Below, piece after piece: positions 43,138 through 56,921 of a stretch of DNA of 64,000 nt (position 1 is its first letter; each line of letters begins with the position of its first letter). The stretch comes from Basidiobolus meristosporus CBS 931.73 (lineage: Eukaryota > Fungi > Basidiobolomycota): the NCBI GenBank assembly GCA_002104905.1, contig MCFE01000057.1, forward strand, positions 131,529-195,528, given 5' to 3'. The notes under the pieces were generated by a model that saw only the letters and a list, made by a program, of their open reading frames with translations, did no database searches and was not told where the DNA came from. The translations under genes were made by a program, and so were the position numbers.

Positions 43138-44450
43138 TTACAAGTTTTTGATGACTGCGAGAGTGAAGTCGGTGGTGGATGAGTTACCGCCCATATCAGG
43201 GGTTCCGACCTTGCCTTCCTCGATGGTCTTGTAGACAGCATTGTAAATTTGGTTGGCATATGGGTGAAGACTCAAGTGACGAAGGAGCATGACGGAAGAC
43301 AAGATCATGGAGGTAGGATTAGCAGTGTTTTGTCCGGCAATGTCCTTACCAACGTGACGGCATCCTGGTTCGAACATGGCGTATTCACGACCAATGTTGC
43401 AACCGGGAATGATACCGGGTCCACCAACAAGAGCAGCACCGACGTTACTGATGATGTTACCGTAAAGGTTAGGGGTCACCATGACATCGAATTGTTGAGG
43501 CTTGGATACAAGTTGCATGGCGGTGTTGTCGACGATCATGTCATTGAATTGAATGCCAGAGGACTTGTACTCCTCGGCGACATCACGGCAGGTTCTAAGG
43601 AAAAGACCATCACCCAACTTCATGATGTTGGCCTTGTGAATGCAGGTAACCTTCTTTCTGTTGTTTCTGATGGCATAGTCAAAAGCGAAACGAGCAATGC
43701 GCTCGGCCTTCTCGCGAGTGGTAACCTTGAGGGACTCGACAACACCCGGGTAGGATTGATGCTCCAAACCAGAGTATTCACCTTCAGTGTTTTCACGGAT
43801 GATGGTGAAGTCAACATTTTGGTGACGGGAAGGATATCCTGGAATGTTCTTGACAGTGACAACACCAGCGTACATATCCAAATCTTTACGCATAGCGACA
43901 TTGAAAGAAGAGTGGCCAAGCTTGGATACGGGGGTGTAAAGAATACCTATGAAATACCCCATTAGATACAGACATCCCGAATCCTCCGTACGGCACCAAC
44001 AACTTACCCTTGAGACCAATCTTGTTTCTTCTGAAGCTATCAACACTTTGCTTCAACAAATTCTCATCAGTGGTGTAACCACTGACATCGAATTGCTCCC
44101 AATCAACGGGAACATTGGCAGCAGTGAAGATAGCCTTGACGGAAGCGGCGGTTTCTTGACCGATACCATCACCAGGAATAAGGGTAGCAGTGTATCTACC
44201 CCCAAGCTTGTTTCCAGTGAAAGGTCCCTGTGACAAACTACCAGTCAGGTAACTGTGAATTGAAGATAACCAACGAAAAATGGGCTTACGCTTTGGGACT
44301 CAGGGACTGAACCCATACTACGAACCAAAACGGCCTAGATAGTTAAAATACGATAAATACATATTGAGCCCGGAACGATTATAAGTCAATACACACTCTT
44401 TGAGCAATAGAGGCAACTTTAATGGAGGGTCTGGCGAAGCTCTTGAGCAT
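43138..44450 (-). CDS. IDH1: NAD-dependent isocitrate dehydrogenase subunit 1, mitochondrial (multi-exon)
   Basis: YTATLIPGDGIG, IIRENTEGEYSGLEH, GVVESLK, HKANIMKLGDGLFL, DMIVDNTAMQLV and FEPGCRHV (regulatory subunit pattern). Confidence 0.95.
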
Positions 44451-45737
44451 GTTTACGGATAAGTAGAAGATACAAGTACGAGAAAAGGAACAAAGTATCG
44501 GTTCAACCAGCAGGCAAGAAATTCAGTTATTTTATCAAAAAAAGGGAGAATTTGAGGGAGAAAAAAATGTCAACCGGAATCATGCGTAATCTTACATGGT
44601 TGGTTCAATGGTAGAGTAATCATACCATTTTCGGAAGGCAGTCTACCGTCAGAGTTGGGGAAACCCGATTGCTAGTTGAAAAGTGCTTTATACAAGACTG
44701 AGAATCGCATATTTGGCACATTTCCATGACGTCAAATGGATATGTCAGTCAACCATGTTGATAGATCCAGGATGCTTAATGACAGTTTGGGGAGCTCATG
44801 GAGGGTGGGGATGAAGTGTGGGGGTCTTAATAGGACAGCTTCTTCACAATCTGATAATTTGGGGTGGAATTTCCATAAAGCGAGTTTTCGATATTCCAAA
44901 TCTTCCTAATCTGGCTGGACTTGCCTTCTTTGGCGGCGAGCGCTGAGGCTTGTACCCTACTTCCACTTCAGAACCCGACATTGCACATGTGTACAGCAGA
45001 TTATCGGAAACACAGGGTTATTTGCCTGGTGTTGGTCTAACATAAAAAGTGGCGAAACTCGCGTTGTGGCCAAAGAGGTCTGCTGGCAATTGCAAATAAC
45101 CCTCCCTAAAATAGAACCCGGAGAAAATTTCCTTGTGTTGGTATCAATTGGTCAAGGCTTTATCCGAGAGGGTGAATGGGCTGTGGGGAAATGTCATTTT
45201 GACGGGTGTAACAATGAATCCTAGGATTTCGTTGGTTGACGTTCCTCTTTATCTTATTAGTCCGGCATTACTGAGGTTGAGAAACTATTCCTCGATGGTG
45301 GACCCTTTTGTAACATCAAGTAAAGATCTGCAACTTGGCAACCCGCCACCCGTAAGCACTTCCTGGAATTAAGGCTAAAGACATATGCGTACTGATTCTG
45401 CCCGAACCAACAAGCTGCTGGGTCGCTCTATGTGTATCTTCTTGGTAGTTGAATACGATTCGTGGGAACTAATCCCCCACTTGGGATTGCTCTGAAAAGG
45501 TAAACTGTGGCTTCGTGTGATCCGTCAATTTTACCGTGATAACGAGGCTCACGGCAATGTATATGAAGCAAATCTATTTCTGCTTCAACCAAACTCGCGT
45601 TATCTTTAGATAAACATTGATTTGTTTGAGTAATACGTGAATATCATGTATAAATCGTGAAGTCAAGTGCAGGCTTAACGTTGAGTAAACGGTTATTTAT
45701 AGGTAAGACAAATAGCAAACTACATATGCCCGATTCT

Positions 45738-46606
45738 TCAAGCACGTGACTTTCTACCACGTTTACGGGTCTTCCCTTGGGGAGAGTCAGGAGTGACAGG
45801 CACATCACGTTGTTTGACTTCAGTCACTTCCTCTCTCACAGGTGTGGATTTGGTGGTGATCTTTCGGAAAAAGAATCGAGGAACACTGAAGATAAATACG
45901 TTCCAAACCGAAGGTTTGGGAACCATCTCCGGATCCAATTCCTCATCCTCAAAAGTGGCTGGGTTCTCCACAGGCGACTTTTTGGATCTCTTCACTTGGC
46001 GCTTTGCCAACATAGCTCTTTCGTCAATGAGGTATTGGATGTCCCTCTTACGTAAATAATACGTCAACCAACTAGTTCCATATTGAACCAATGACAAGAA
46101 GATCGTCAAAGCAAACACGACGGAGCCAAATCCAGGGCGATGACGGCGGTAGAAGTATCCAGTACCCCGCCAAGATGGCACTCCGTTTTTGTAATAAAAG
46201 TTGTATCGCTCACGTGCGGTATCGTTACGAAGGATTGATGCCACGTTACCAAGCAAACTGTACCGTTCTTGAGAAGAGGGATCAGGGTTTTTATCAGGAC
46301 TATCGTGTAAAAAGATAAGTCTATACAAGATGCTAAAAAAAATTGTCATAAGATAACTTACTGAACCGTTCTAGACATCTTTCTGAATCCTTTCGCGATC
46401 TGGTTTGTCGTAGCAGTAGATTCCACTCCTAATAGAGAGTAGAAGCTGGCGTCTTCTTTACCCTCACTCTTTTTTACTGCATCCACTAGATCGAAGAGCT
46501 CGTAATCTAATTCATCCCAAGCCTGAGTTTGAGGGATCAGAGCTCCCAAGAGAAGGAATAAACCCAAGAAGAGCAACACCAGATGAGTGCTTTGCTTATA
46601 CTTCAT
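45738..46606 (-). CDS. ER J-domain protein, ERJ5/DNAJC1-like
   Basis: Signal peptide, WDELDYELFDLV, J domain (FYSLLGV..HPDKN..ERYNFY) and a TM segment RRHRPGFGSVVFAL. Confidence 0.85.
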
Positions 46607-47340
46607 TGAAATGTTCGTTTGCAGCAAACGAGTGTTGGTACACACTGATGGGTTTTTGAGAGTTGTTTGGATCCCTAAAACTTACAACCAGATCACACCC
46701 CAAAATTTGAACAGTTGATTAGAATGACGCTTAGACTGTGAGCAAAGTTGATTAATGATCCTGCATGAGTAGTGTAGTAGGCTTGATGTTGATGAATCAT
46801 ATGCTGTACTGATGTGATGCAGGTAGAGGATGCTATTTGTAGTGGCATGTGGGAAACAAGTAAGGGTAGAAGTAGGTATTGCATGCTGGGTTTGCTGAAA
46901 AGAATTCCTGCAGAACCCCATCTCATCTCATCCCTATTCCAGTGCATTACGTTTCCTTGCTGATTAGTGTCACTTCACAGATTTTGTTTATTTGGGTTTC
47001 TCTTCCTCAGTCCCGTTCAAACGCCCGTTGCACAGTTTAATTAAATTGGTGTTTTCTTTGGGTAGTGTTATTGCTGCTTTACCATCTTACCAATCAAAAT
47101 CCATTGAATCCGAATTTCCAGGTCACAAAGTTGACCATATCTTAATTGAAATTCATTCGAAAGTTGAGGCAACAAATTACAGTCTTTCTAACCGATCCTC
47201 CTCTCAAAAGGTCACACCGCTCCACAGATATATGCCACCACCGATAGTTTCTATTTTTAACAAGCCCAGATATCTTAAACACCATAAAAGTCGCGCCTAT
47301 CCCACTCATAATTATTTGACCGTCTCTGATTCTATATCCC

Positions 47341-50300
47341 ATGGGTTCAACTGAACCCTACATATGTTCTGGTGCTGTGAACGCTCCCTCACAAAGAGGT
47401 ACAATTTTGTTTTGGTACAGTTAAGCTAACACGAGCACTAAGAGTATTCTGTCAGTGAAATTCACTCAAACAACCATCAGAACGTTGACAGAAGGTCCCT
47501 TTCTCACCTTGCATAATTCCGAGAACCATTTATACGCGCAAAATCAAACTTCAGATTTGCTGGAGTTCATACAGGACCCGATCGCTCGCGATAAAGCCTT
47601 GCTCAAAGTGCCGCGTCAACAAGAGCATATCCTGTTTGATTTCCACTTGGAGGTTACACTACCCAATTTCAAAGTGTTGGCGTTGGTTCAATGTCCTACT
47701 GCGTTAGATGCAGCAAAATTGCTGGCAAAGATCGAGCCAAGTAGTGATAAGGTAGCAGCCGCTCCTGTCTAAACCAACTGCCGCGTTAGAGCTGACCCTC
47801 TCTTCATTCATTAGATATACGAGCAGCAGGATATCTTTATCATTGATACACTGCCGATCAACGTTGTATCAAAATTCAGGTGGACTTGGCAATGGAGCTG
47901 CTCGCATGATCACCATAAAAATAGCAAAGGGTGTAGAGCAAATTTTATGGTAAGTAATCGTCCCATATCGGCCAACCCAATTGTACGAGTATCTAATAGA
48001 CGCCAATGACATCTAGTTTGTAATATTTGACGTTCAGGCCAACACTTGTGAAGAGCAATTTCATTTCGATTTGTGGATGGAAAACAGCGGGACTCTCCCG
48101 GAGAGCAAGGCTTATCAGCTTAAGCGCACAGATTCCTCCGAATCCAACTACTCTTCAAGCTCCACTGGTGAGAATAATTTTGATCAGCGTAGGTCTGACA
48201 GATTGTCTCCATTGGCGGCGAAATTGGACAGCTATCAGTGGGATGTATTAAATTCCCCAGAAGAGAATGATGAATTCCCCCTGGAGAAGGAGCTTGCTCA
48301 GCCATTATCGTTGGACAGCCTGAGTATGGAGGAAGATGCATTGAAGCGAACGCAGAACCAGCTCCGTGGTCAGACCGAGCCATTCAATATCGATATCGTG
48401 GACTCTCCACTACTTCGGTACAAGATCCAGCATTCGGAAAAGAAAGTCACCGCCCTCAAAAACGAAATCAAGAAACTATTAAAAGCCATTGCTGTTTATG
48501 ATGAAGTCTACCAGCAGCAGCAAAGGGCCAACAACGATCTACTGGACGCCATCAAGTCAGTGAAGCTGTTAGAGCCTATCGTCAAATTTATAGCCCCAGT
48601 TTTCCAACAAATCACTGAAGGTCGACAGATGTTACAGAAGCAACTCCGCACTATGATCTTTTATCCCTTACAGCGTGTGTACGAGAAAGATATCAAGTCG
48701 GTCGAGTATAAAACCAAGGAGTTCATGCGAGAGGCAGAGGAATTCTACCACACCGAGGCTAAACATCTCTCCATCAAGAATGATCGCGACAGGTCGCGAA
48801 AGCATGTAAGCTCTGATCAGAAATACGACAAGAAACGCAATCTTTTCGAGCAGAAAATGCTCGAGTTCTACTCATTCACTCACGAGCTCACCGAGGGCCC
48901 TAGAGAGGAGGAGCTCCTCTTGTGCTTTGTTGGGTTTGCACAGAGATGCTTTGAACATATTCGAACAGCCAACGAGGTAGTTCACCAGCGCGGGTTGGAA
49001 CTCAATGAGATTATGGGCTACTTGAAGAATCAAGCGGACGTTGTTGTTGAGCAAAGAAAGCTGATTGAGGAGAAGCAGAGACATTTAGGAGAGTTGATCT
49101 CCGCATCCGAGAGCGCGATTTCTTCCAGCAAGTCAGAAAATAGCCGTAATTTTGTTTCGCTGATGCGTTCCAAATCATCGGCCATTCGCGACAAACTCAC
49201 TAATCGCATGGTGGGGGTTCGTGATTTGGGGTCGTTCAATGCGGAGCAAGCATCGTCTGCCGGACGGCATAAAGAGGGCATATTGTACTCACCAAACCGA
49301 CATAGAACACCAAATCTGGAGAGTTCATGGCAGAGCAACTGGTGCGTCATATCCAAGGGCCAATTCTCAGAAATCGTCAACTGGAAGAAAAAGCCGGACG
49401 CCCATAAGGCGTCGATAAGTTTAAAGCTTGCCTCAGTGAGGCAGCTTCCCGATTCTGAACGGAGGTTTTGCTTTGAGTTGGTGACGCTACAAGGAAGCAG
49501 AGTCTATCAAGCACTTTCCAACGAGGACATGATTGATTGGATGAACGTTCTCAAGAACGCCATCGAATCGCAGCTGAATGGGACTGGTTCTTCTCCTGAT
49601 CTGCGATCCTTGGCCATCCCCGGGGACGATACTGTAGCAGCAAGGAGATCCGAGGATTTTTCCGACGACTACGTAGAGTCTAGTTTAATAACTGCATTCA
49701 GGACTGACCCCAGTAACCGCTATTGCGCTGACTGCGGCTCCAAAGGACCTGAGTGGTGCTCAATCAATCTTGGAATCTTGCTTTGTATTGGTAAAGTCAG
49801 ACTTGCTCACTATCGTTGAATACATGGCTAACTTGGTTTGTGCAGAATGCTCTGGGGTTCATCGCAGCCTAGGAACACATATCTCTAAGATCCGGTCACT
49901 CACACTAGACAACTCGTTCACCCCCGACCTAATCGATATGGTAAGGAGTGTAGGGAATCGGATGGCAAACTCGATCTGGGAGGCGGTGTTGACGGTGAAA
50001 AAGCCGGTGAATAGTGACAGCAGAGATGTCAAAGCTGCTTTTATTAGAGCGAAATACGTGGAGCGCCGGTTCCTGGATTATTCAGTCACGCAATCGCACA
50101 AGGCTGCCTCTACGTCCTGTTTGTTGCAGCCAGATGAAAATCCAGTCAAAGCCCTGGCAACAGAGCTGCTGTTCAAGGCTATCGAAAGCAATGATATCCG
50201 AAACGTGATCCGAGCCTTTGCCCTTGGCGCAGATATCAATTATCGTAAGTTCGGTGATTGCCCGGAGGAGGCGATGCAGATGACATACGCAGCATTCCTG

Positions 50301-50822
50301 GAGACACCAGTTGATGATGAGGGTGTTACTCCACTTCAGGTTGCACTGTCCATGCCATTAAGCTTGCACGCAATCGCAAGTTTGACAAGTCAGAACCATA
50401 ATGGAACTTCAACTTCAACTCGTAAATCTCTGGATGATTTGAATGTGAGCATAGCGACGTTCCCTACTGCCGAGTTTCTGATCCAAAATGGCGCTGACAT
50501 TAATCAATCCGCACCGCAGAGCGGGTTTACACTACTGCATATTGCTACGATCAAGGGGAATCCTGGTGCAGTTCGATATCTACTATCAAAAGGCATAAAT
50601 CCAAGAACTCTCGATCATTATGGAAAGACTGCCTACGTTTGGTCTATCCTGACTGGTGATCTATGTGGGCAACTGTTACGTGATGCTTTGGCTAGCAATC
50701 ATCAGACCAGCGGCTTGAGCTCCTCTACGTCTCTGGTGAGGTACCCCGAAAGTCAAGCAATTGCTGAGAATGCTCGGTCAAGTAAGCTAGAGACTATGGG
50801 GGTAGCACAACTATTTAAATAG
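47341..50822 (+). CDS. ACAP/centaurin-beta-type ArfGAP (BAR-PH-ArfGAP-ankyrin), multi-exon
   Basis: BAR (DSPLLRYKI..), PH (KEGILY..WCVI..RRFCFELVT..YQALSNEDMIDWM), ArfGAP zinc finger CADC..WCSINLGILLCI|ECSGVHRSLG, ankyrin TLLHIA. Confidence 0.92.
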
Positions 50823-51319
50823 CAGCTGGTCATTTTAATCTTGTTAATGTCGCATGTTTCTAATCCCTGTGATTAATGTTTCCTTGCATAGTGCTGTGTG
50901 GCAATACTGCCGTTTTTAGATATAATCCTTCCTTTAATCGCTCATAACTCACTCTCCTTTTCCAACTTTCTCTGTTCACTTGTGTATATTCAGGAGAGCT
51001 AACAGGAGCTCCCATGTAACAATAAAGAAACTCGAATTGTATTAATTCATGTCGATAAGTGTATGTGACTGAGAGAGAACGAAGAAGCCCTACGAAGGGA
51101 TATATACATCATGAGTGTAATGCTGATTTCGCTGCATGCAAAGGCCCTGTTACTCGGTATAAATTAGTTCGAAGGACAGTTCGATACAATTGTAGTTGAT
51201 TAACATACTCTCCCCATGCTGGTATCGCAACGATTCTTGAATCTTTGTCAATAAGATATATATGGGATTCAGAATGAACCTTTATTTAATTGCTTGAGAC
51301 TATAGTCATAGAGCAACAT

Positions 51320-51571
51320 CTACCAGCAGCGACCAAAACCGCTCTTCTTGTTGCAGCATGCCTGGAAGGTGTTCACGTTACTGCCTTCCTTGATGCCTTC
51401 ACAGTTGCCGTTGCCTCCATTGAACTCGCCCTTGCAGCATGAGCTGGTGTCACTCCACTCGTTGCAGACACATGCCTTGCATCCCTTGGAGTAGTTGTTG
51501 CATTGTCTTGCGGCATCGATTAGGCTGGCGCCGAGGACCATGGACAGAAGGGCGATGTAGGTGAAGCGCAT
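51320..51571 (-). CDS. Small secreted cysteine-rich protein, copy 1 (83 aa, 10 Cys)
   Basis: Hydrophobic signal peptide MRFTYIALLSMVLGASLIDA. Identical protein is encoded four times. TATA box upstream (~51630). Confidence 0.9.
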   Translation of the reverse strand: MRFTYIALLSMVLGASLIDAARQCNNYSKGCKACVCNEWSDTSSCCKGEFNGGNGNCEGIKEGSNVNTFQACCNKKSGFGRCW

Positions 51572-52704
51572 TGTACTTGTATCAGGTGAAGCTGAGGAAT
51601 ATAACGAAAATACACATTCTACAGCGGCTTTTATAATAGATGGTGTGCCGGATATCTCAGCAGTTCCCCGGTTGTAGTGAGTGGTGGAGTTCCCAGGACA
51701 ATAGTAAAATATACTATGCACGCCCTCTCGCTACCAAAAGTGATCGCAAGGAATCACAGGCACAATGGGCTTGTACTAACACATGGATTCGTATACCAGG
51801 TACAAGATCCATATTTTGGAGGTCCCGCCTGAGGTATAGCCGATACCGGGCTCACACTTGGTTTCACATATGGCCAGCATTAATGGTTCCTGGGAAATCA
51901 AGATCGGCCTGTTTGCCTCTAAAATGTGCGCAAGAAAAGTCAAGACCAATCGCTGTAAATGAAGGTGCATGTGTTTGTACAAGGCTCGAAGCTCTCATTT
52001 GGGATATGAGGTCATCCATGGCCGTGACTTCTGGGCTGACTGAATCCGTACACTTATGTCCGGTCAATAAGGAATCCAACATCGTCTAACTAGTACCTGT
52101 TGCTAATCTCGAATAATATCCAACAGCTGTAGCTACTAGTTTTCCCTCATGCATGTGCACCTTTTGATATTCGTAACCTACTACATAAAGTCAGAATCTA
52201 CTTATGTTATTGTAACACATGAGGTATCTTGTTTCATAAATAGCATGCTGTGTTGCAGTTTGGATTTTATTTATGGAAATGATGGGCAATTTGACTCATC
52301 ACTCACCCAGATTGCGGGCTAAATAGAGATATTAAATCATATTCCATAATCAGCCCATGACTCACAGATTCACCGTTGTAGAGTGTGGATTTGGTTTGGA
52401 GGCTTTACAAAGATTCACATTTGACTGTTTCCTGAGAATGGTTTCTGATAGATTGACAAGTAATAAAGAGCTCGGGTGTCTCTTTATATCATCTTTCATA
52501 CTTCATGGCAAATACTAACCCCTCGCCCTCCATTGGAAAGTTTATGAAAATAGAATTGTATTCCCCCTTTACCAAATCGCAATTCACAGGATTTCGATTA
52601 GAAATAAATCAGGGACTAGTGTAATTCGAAGGCCATAGCGATTATCCGAGTTCATGGTTGAATATTTATTTTATTTACTTGGAGCCTTAGCCGTAAAGTA
52701 GCAT

Positions 52705-52956
52705 TTACCAGCAACGGCCAAAGCCGCTCTTCTTGTTGCAGCATGCCTGGAAGGTGTTCACGTTACTGCCTTCCTTGATGCCTTCACAGTTGCCGTTGCC
52801 TCCATTGAACTCGCCTTTGCAACATGAGCTGGTGTCACTCCACTCGTTGCAGACACATGCCTTGCATCCCTTGGAGTAGTTGTTGCATTGTCTTGCGGCA
52901 TCGATTAGGCTGGCGCCGAGGACCATGGACAGAAGGGCGATGTAGGTGAAGCGCAT
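52705..52956 (-). CDS. Small secreted cysteine-rich protein, copy 2
   Basis: Same 83-aa protein; only synonymous differences (TAA stop, GGC/CGT codons). Confidence 0.9.
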   Translation of the reverse strand: MRFTYIALLSMVLGASLIDAARQCNNYSKGCKACVCNEWSDTSSCCKGEFNGGNGNCEGIKEGSNVNTFQACCNKKSGFGRCW

Positions 52957-54123
52957 TGTACTTATATCAGGTGAAGCTGAGGAATATAGTGAATATATTC
53001 TCAACTGACAGCGGCTTATATAGAGATACAAGGCTCAGGATCTTGATTTACATCGACCGTTTATGATTGCTAAGTGGATGGTACTTTGCCCTAATATTTT
53101 TTTGTACTACAACTGCTTGTAGCTACATGTATTGCAATATAAAGTGGAGATAATACATTAGTAGCGTAAGCTTTTCCTGCTTCATATATGAACAAAGTGA
53201 CTATTTCTCTATATAGAGTAACCTACAGTGTTACCATCTATACGAAAATCATTGGCCCCTCAAGGGCCCGTTTCAAGAAGTTCTTTATTAATCCATCTTA
53301 ATCTGTTCGCTTTCATGCAGTAAGCATCAATCGTTTGCTCAAGTAGCACTACCAGCAATCATTTATATGCAGATTGTGAAATACAACCGGCAGTAGCGGT
53401 TGTTATCATGCGGAATATTTTCACGCGAGGCAATTCCAGATTGTGTAGAGAATGCTGTTAGTAAGGTACAAGTACCGAGATGTTTGGGTCCAATAAGGTA
53501 GATCGTTACGAGTTGAATTCCTTGTACTCACAATAACTGTAGTGTTTCAAAAACAACTCGGAATAAACACGTTGAGATAATGGTTATGACGTAAAATGGT
53601 GCAAAGTCATACAAATCTACTTGCTTGTTGAATTTGTATTGATCAACAGAGAACGTGACGTCAAAAGCAAGCCTGTGCGGGTTTGCTTAAGTAAATGAAT
53701 AGAATAGTACAGACAATCCTACTCGAAAGAGGGCTAAAATCTGCAAATCATTGCTAACTTACATATCCAATTGATTCCTCTCATGAGAACGGCTTCACAA
53801 AATCGGGATGCCCAGGTTAGATAACAAGCAGTTTCAGTATTGCGATATACCTTACTTAAATACCATCCTGACATAGATTGTACTTCACGTAATATCCATA
53901 AATAACACACCGTGCTCCATATACACCGAATAGAATCTTCATCGACAATCTTAATTCAACCCGAGCTATTCGAAAAATACTAAAATAATAAGAAATACCC
54001 TCTGTTGACGTAGTACTTTAATGCAGTGGTGATAGCAACATATTGGTATCAAATATGAATTGAAAACCACTGAAGGGGCTTGATTTATTCGTAGGACTTG
54101 ACTCATAAACCCTAGAGCTATAT

Positions 54124-54375
54124 CTACCAGCAGCGACCGAAACCGCTCTTCTTGTTGCAGCATGCCTGGAAGGTGTTTACGTTACTGCCTTCCTTGATGC
54201 CTTCACAGTTGCCGTTGCCTCCATTGAACTCGCCTTTGCAACATGAGCTGGTGTCACTCCACTCGTTGCAGACACATGCCTTGCATCCCTTGGAGTAGTT
54301 GTTGCATTGTCTTGCGGCATCGATTAGGCTGGCGCCGAGGACCATGGACAGAAGGGCGATGTAGGTGAAGCGCAT
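54124..54375 (-). CDS. Small secreted cysteine-rich protein, copy 3
   Basis: Same 83-aa protein; shares ~470 bp of upstream sequence with copy 1. Confidence 0.9.
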   Translation of the reverse strand: MRFTYIALLSMVLGASLIDAARQCNNYSKGCKACVCNEWSDTSSCCKGEFNGGNGNCEGIKEGSNVNTFQACCNKKSGFGRCW

Positions 54376-55560
54376 TGTACTTGTATCAGGTGAAGCTGAG
54401 GAATATAACGAAAGTACACATTCTACAGCGGCTTTTATAATAGATGGTGTGCCGGATATCTCAGTAGTTCCCCGGTTGTAGTGAGTGGTGGAGTTCCCAG
54501 GACAATAGTAAAATATACTATGCACGCCCTCTCGCTACCAAAAGTGATCGCAAGGAATCACAGGCGCAATGGGCTTGTACTAACACATGGATTCGTATGC
54601 CAGGCACAAGGTCCATATTTTGGAGGTCCCGCCTGAGGTATAGCCGATACCGGGCTCACACTTGGTTTCACATATGGCCAGCATTAGTGGTTCCTGGGAA
54701 ATCAAGATCGGCCTGTTTGCCTCTAAAATGTGCGCAAGAAAAGTCAAGACCAATCGCTGTAAATGAAGGTGCATGTGTTTGTACAAGGCTCGAAGCTCTC
54801 ATTTGGGATATGAGGTCATCCATGGCCGTGACTTCTGGATTGACTGAGCCTCTACATCTCTTGCCCATAAAAATTGCGCTATATATTATTTGGCCTTCCT
54901 GGATATTTTGATCGTAAGTTACTATATACAGGTGTGGTTTAGGAATAACTTGTATTAGTTTTCACAACCATACATGTATCATTTGATATTCACAACTTAT
55001 GTTGCATATATATTTCGATATAACAATATATGTGTAACGCCAAAGTTATTACTTGATAATTCACTAAACACATACTATGTTGCAGTTTTAGCTCCAAATA
55101 TGGAAAAGATATGCGTGCGTGACACACCTAGCATGTGAAATATATCCATATTCTAGGCAAACTGGAGGCCAAACATAATGATCTCACGATTCACAGATTG
55201 ATGATCATAGAACGCTGCGCTGGTTTTGAGGCCTTACAAACAAACAAATTTGATCAATTCCCAGAAATTGTACCTGGTTACATACTCTGGCAGTGCTTTC
55301 GGATGAACCAATATGTAATCATGGGCTCTTTTACTTCTAAGAATTGCCAACCCAGCAGATATTCTTACTCTACTGAACATACTGGACTTCCAATCCTTCG
55401 CGCCCATGTTCAATTTATAAATGTTTTCCCATATATTGAGAATCACAGAGGCTTGATCTGAATTAAACCGAAGTTAAGCATATTTCCCAGTTATAGGGAT
55501 TATACTAGAGATTTATAAATATTTATTTTGTTTCTTGGAGCCTTGGCGATAGAGCAATAT

Positions 55561-55812
55561 CTACCAGCAGCGACCAAAACCGCTCTTCTTGTTGCAGCAT
55601 GCCTGGAAGGTGTTCACGTTACTGCCTTCCTTGATGCCTTCACAGTTGCCGTTGCCTCCATTGAACTCGCCTTTGCAACATGAGCTGGTGTCACTCCACT
55701 CGTTGCAGACACATGCCTTGCATCCCTTGGAGTAGTTGTTGCATTGTCTTGCGGCATCGATTAGGCTGGCGCCTAGGACCATGGACAGAAGGGCGATGTA
55801 GGTGAAGCGCAT
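55561..55812 (-). CDS. Small secreted cysteine-rich protein, copy 4
   Basis: Same 83-aa protein; downstream flank resembles that of copy 2. Confidence 0.9.
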   Translation of the reverse strand: MRFTYIALLSMVLGASLIDAARQCNNYSKGCKACVCNEWSDTSSCCKGEFNGGNGNCEGIKEGSNVNTFQACCNKKSGFGRCW

Positions 55813-56737
55813 TGTACTTGTATCAGTTGAAGCTGAGAAATGTAGGTAGCATATATCGAAATGAAAGTAGCTTATATAGGGATACGATATCAGTCGCTGT
55901 GGCTCATTTTGGACACGTAGTACGACGTCAGACTACCCGGAGCATATCCAGCCCTTCTCTAGTACTACAGCAGCATATTCGAGTAGCAGCATGTATCTAA
56001 GTTTATTGATCTATGTGGTGGATATAATATACTGGTAGTATCTTGCTCCCGTGTGCGGGAAAAGCTACCACTTGACAGCATAAACCTACTAATATAGAAC
56101 TAACCAGCTATGAGTATATCGTTTACTTTTCAGGAATCCGTGCCACCACTATTTGCACAGATTTCGAGGTGCTTTCCGCAATAGCAAATTTGATCAAGAT
56201 ATTTTACTACGAAAATATGTATATTCACTCGGATTTGATGGCCAGTGTCATGCGGACACCTCAAGTGACTTATTAACACGACACCAATTATAAATCAAGT
56301 ATTTATTGATGCATCCTGTAAACACATTAACAATTACCTATGCTGTGTAAGCCCTAGTTATAATATACGATGACAAATGAGTCACCAAACATTATGCTGC
56401 TCTGTATTGCATAGAATACATATTTATAGCCAACTTGAGCTATGTCGCTACAAATTAAATAATCAGTGCCCATGCACAGGGATTTTCAAACAACTATCCG
56501 AATAAATTTGGAGGATGGGTGAACTGCTATGCCGGATACTAATTATTCAAAGTGGCGCCAAGTATTACATTTCTTGTGACATGTGAAATCATGAAGGGAA
56601 AACGCAATGTGGCAAAAAAGTCTGTGTGGTTACGGCTATGTGTGCTCATGACAAAAAGGTATAATTTTCTTAGATAGAGGGCCAAAAACTTCAAATGACC
56701 AACCAATTCCAATGTGGCTCAAGATGATGGTACAAAG

Positions 56738-56921
56738 GAGGACATAGTCACCAACAGGAAAGTCCTTATTTCAAGTGAAACAAAGAAGCCAGTGCTACTT
56801 TGGTAATTTCTTTACAAGAATGTGGAGCGGGGAGAAGTTGGTATGCAGATTGGAAGCAGTACATGGAAATCTGTTGGTGCTCAAGACACAGTTCAAAGTG
56901 AAAGAAAGCAGTAGTGGTTGC
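56738..56921 (-). mobile_element. Degenerate 3' end of a relative of the telomeric LINE
   Basis: GGAGGACATAGTCACCAACAGG..TTATTTC..AAACAAAGAAGCCAGTGCTA matches 58840-58898. Minus strand encodes PLLLSFTLNCVLST..LHILVKKLPK*, homologous to the ORF2 C terminus (PLLLPPFPLNSVLST..LHTLVSKLQQ*). Confidence 0.8.

Larger units (their letters stand above)
51320..55900. repeat. Two-step tandem duplication: [copy1-spacer-copy2] duplicated as [copy3-spacer-copy4]
   Basis: 51571-52040 is near-identical to 54375-54845. 52100-52700 is a diverged match to 54950-55550. The copy2-copy3 spacer is unrelated. Confidence 0.75.
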
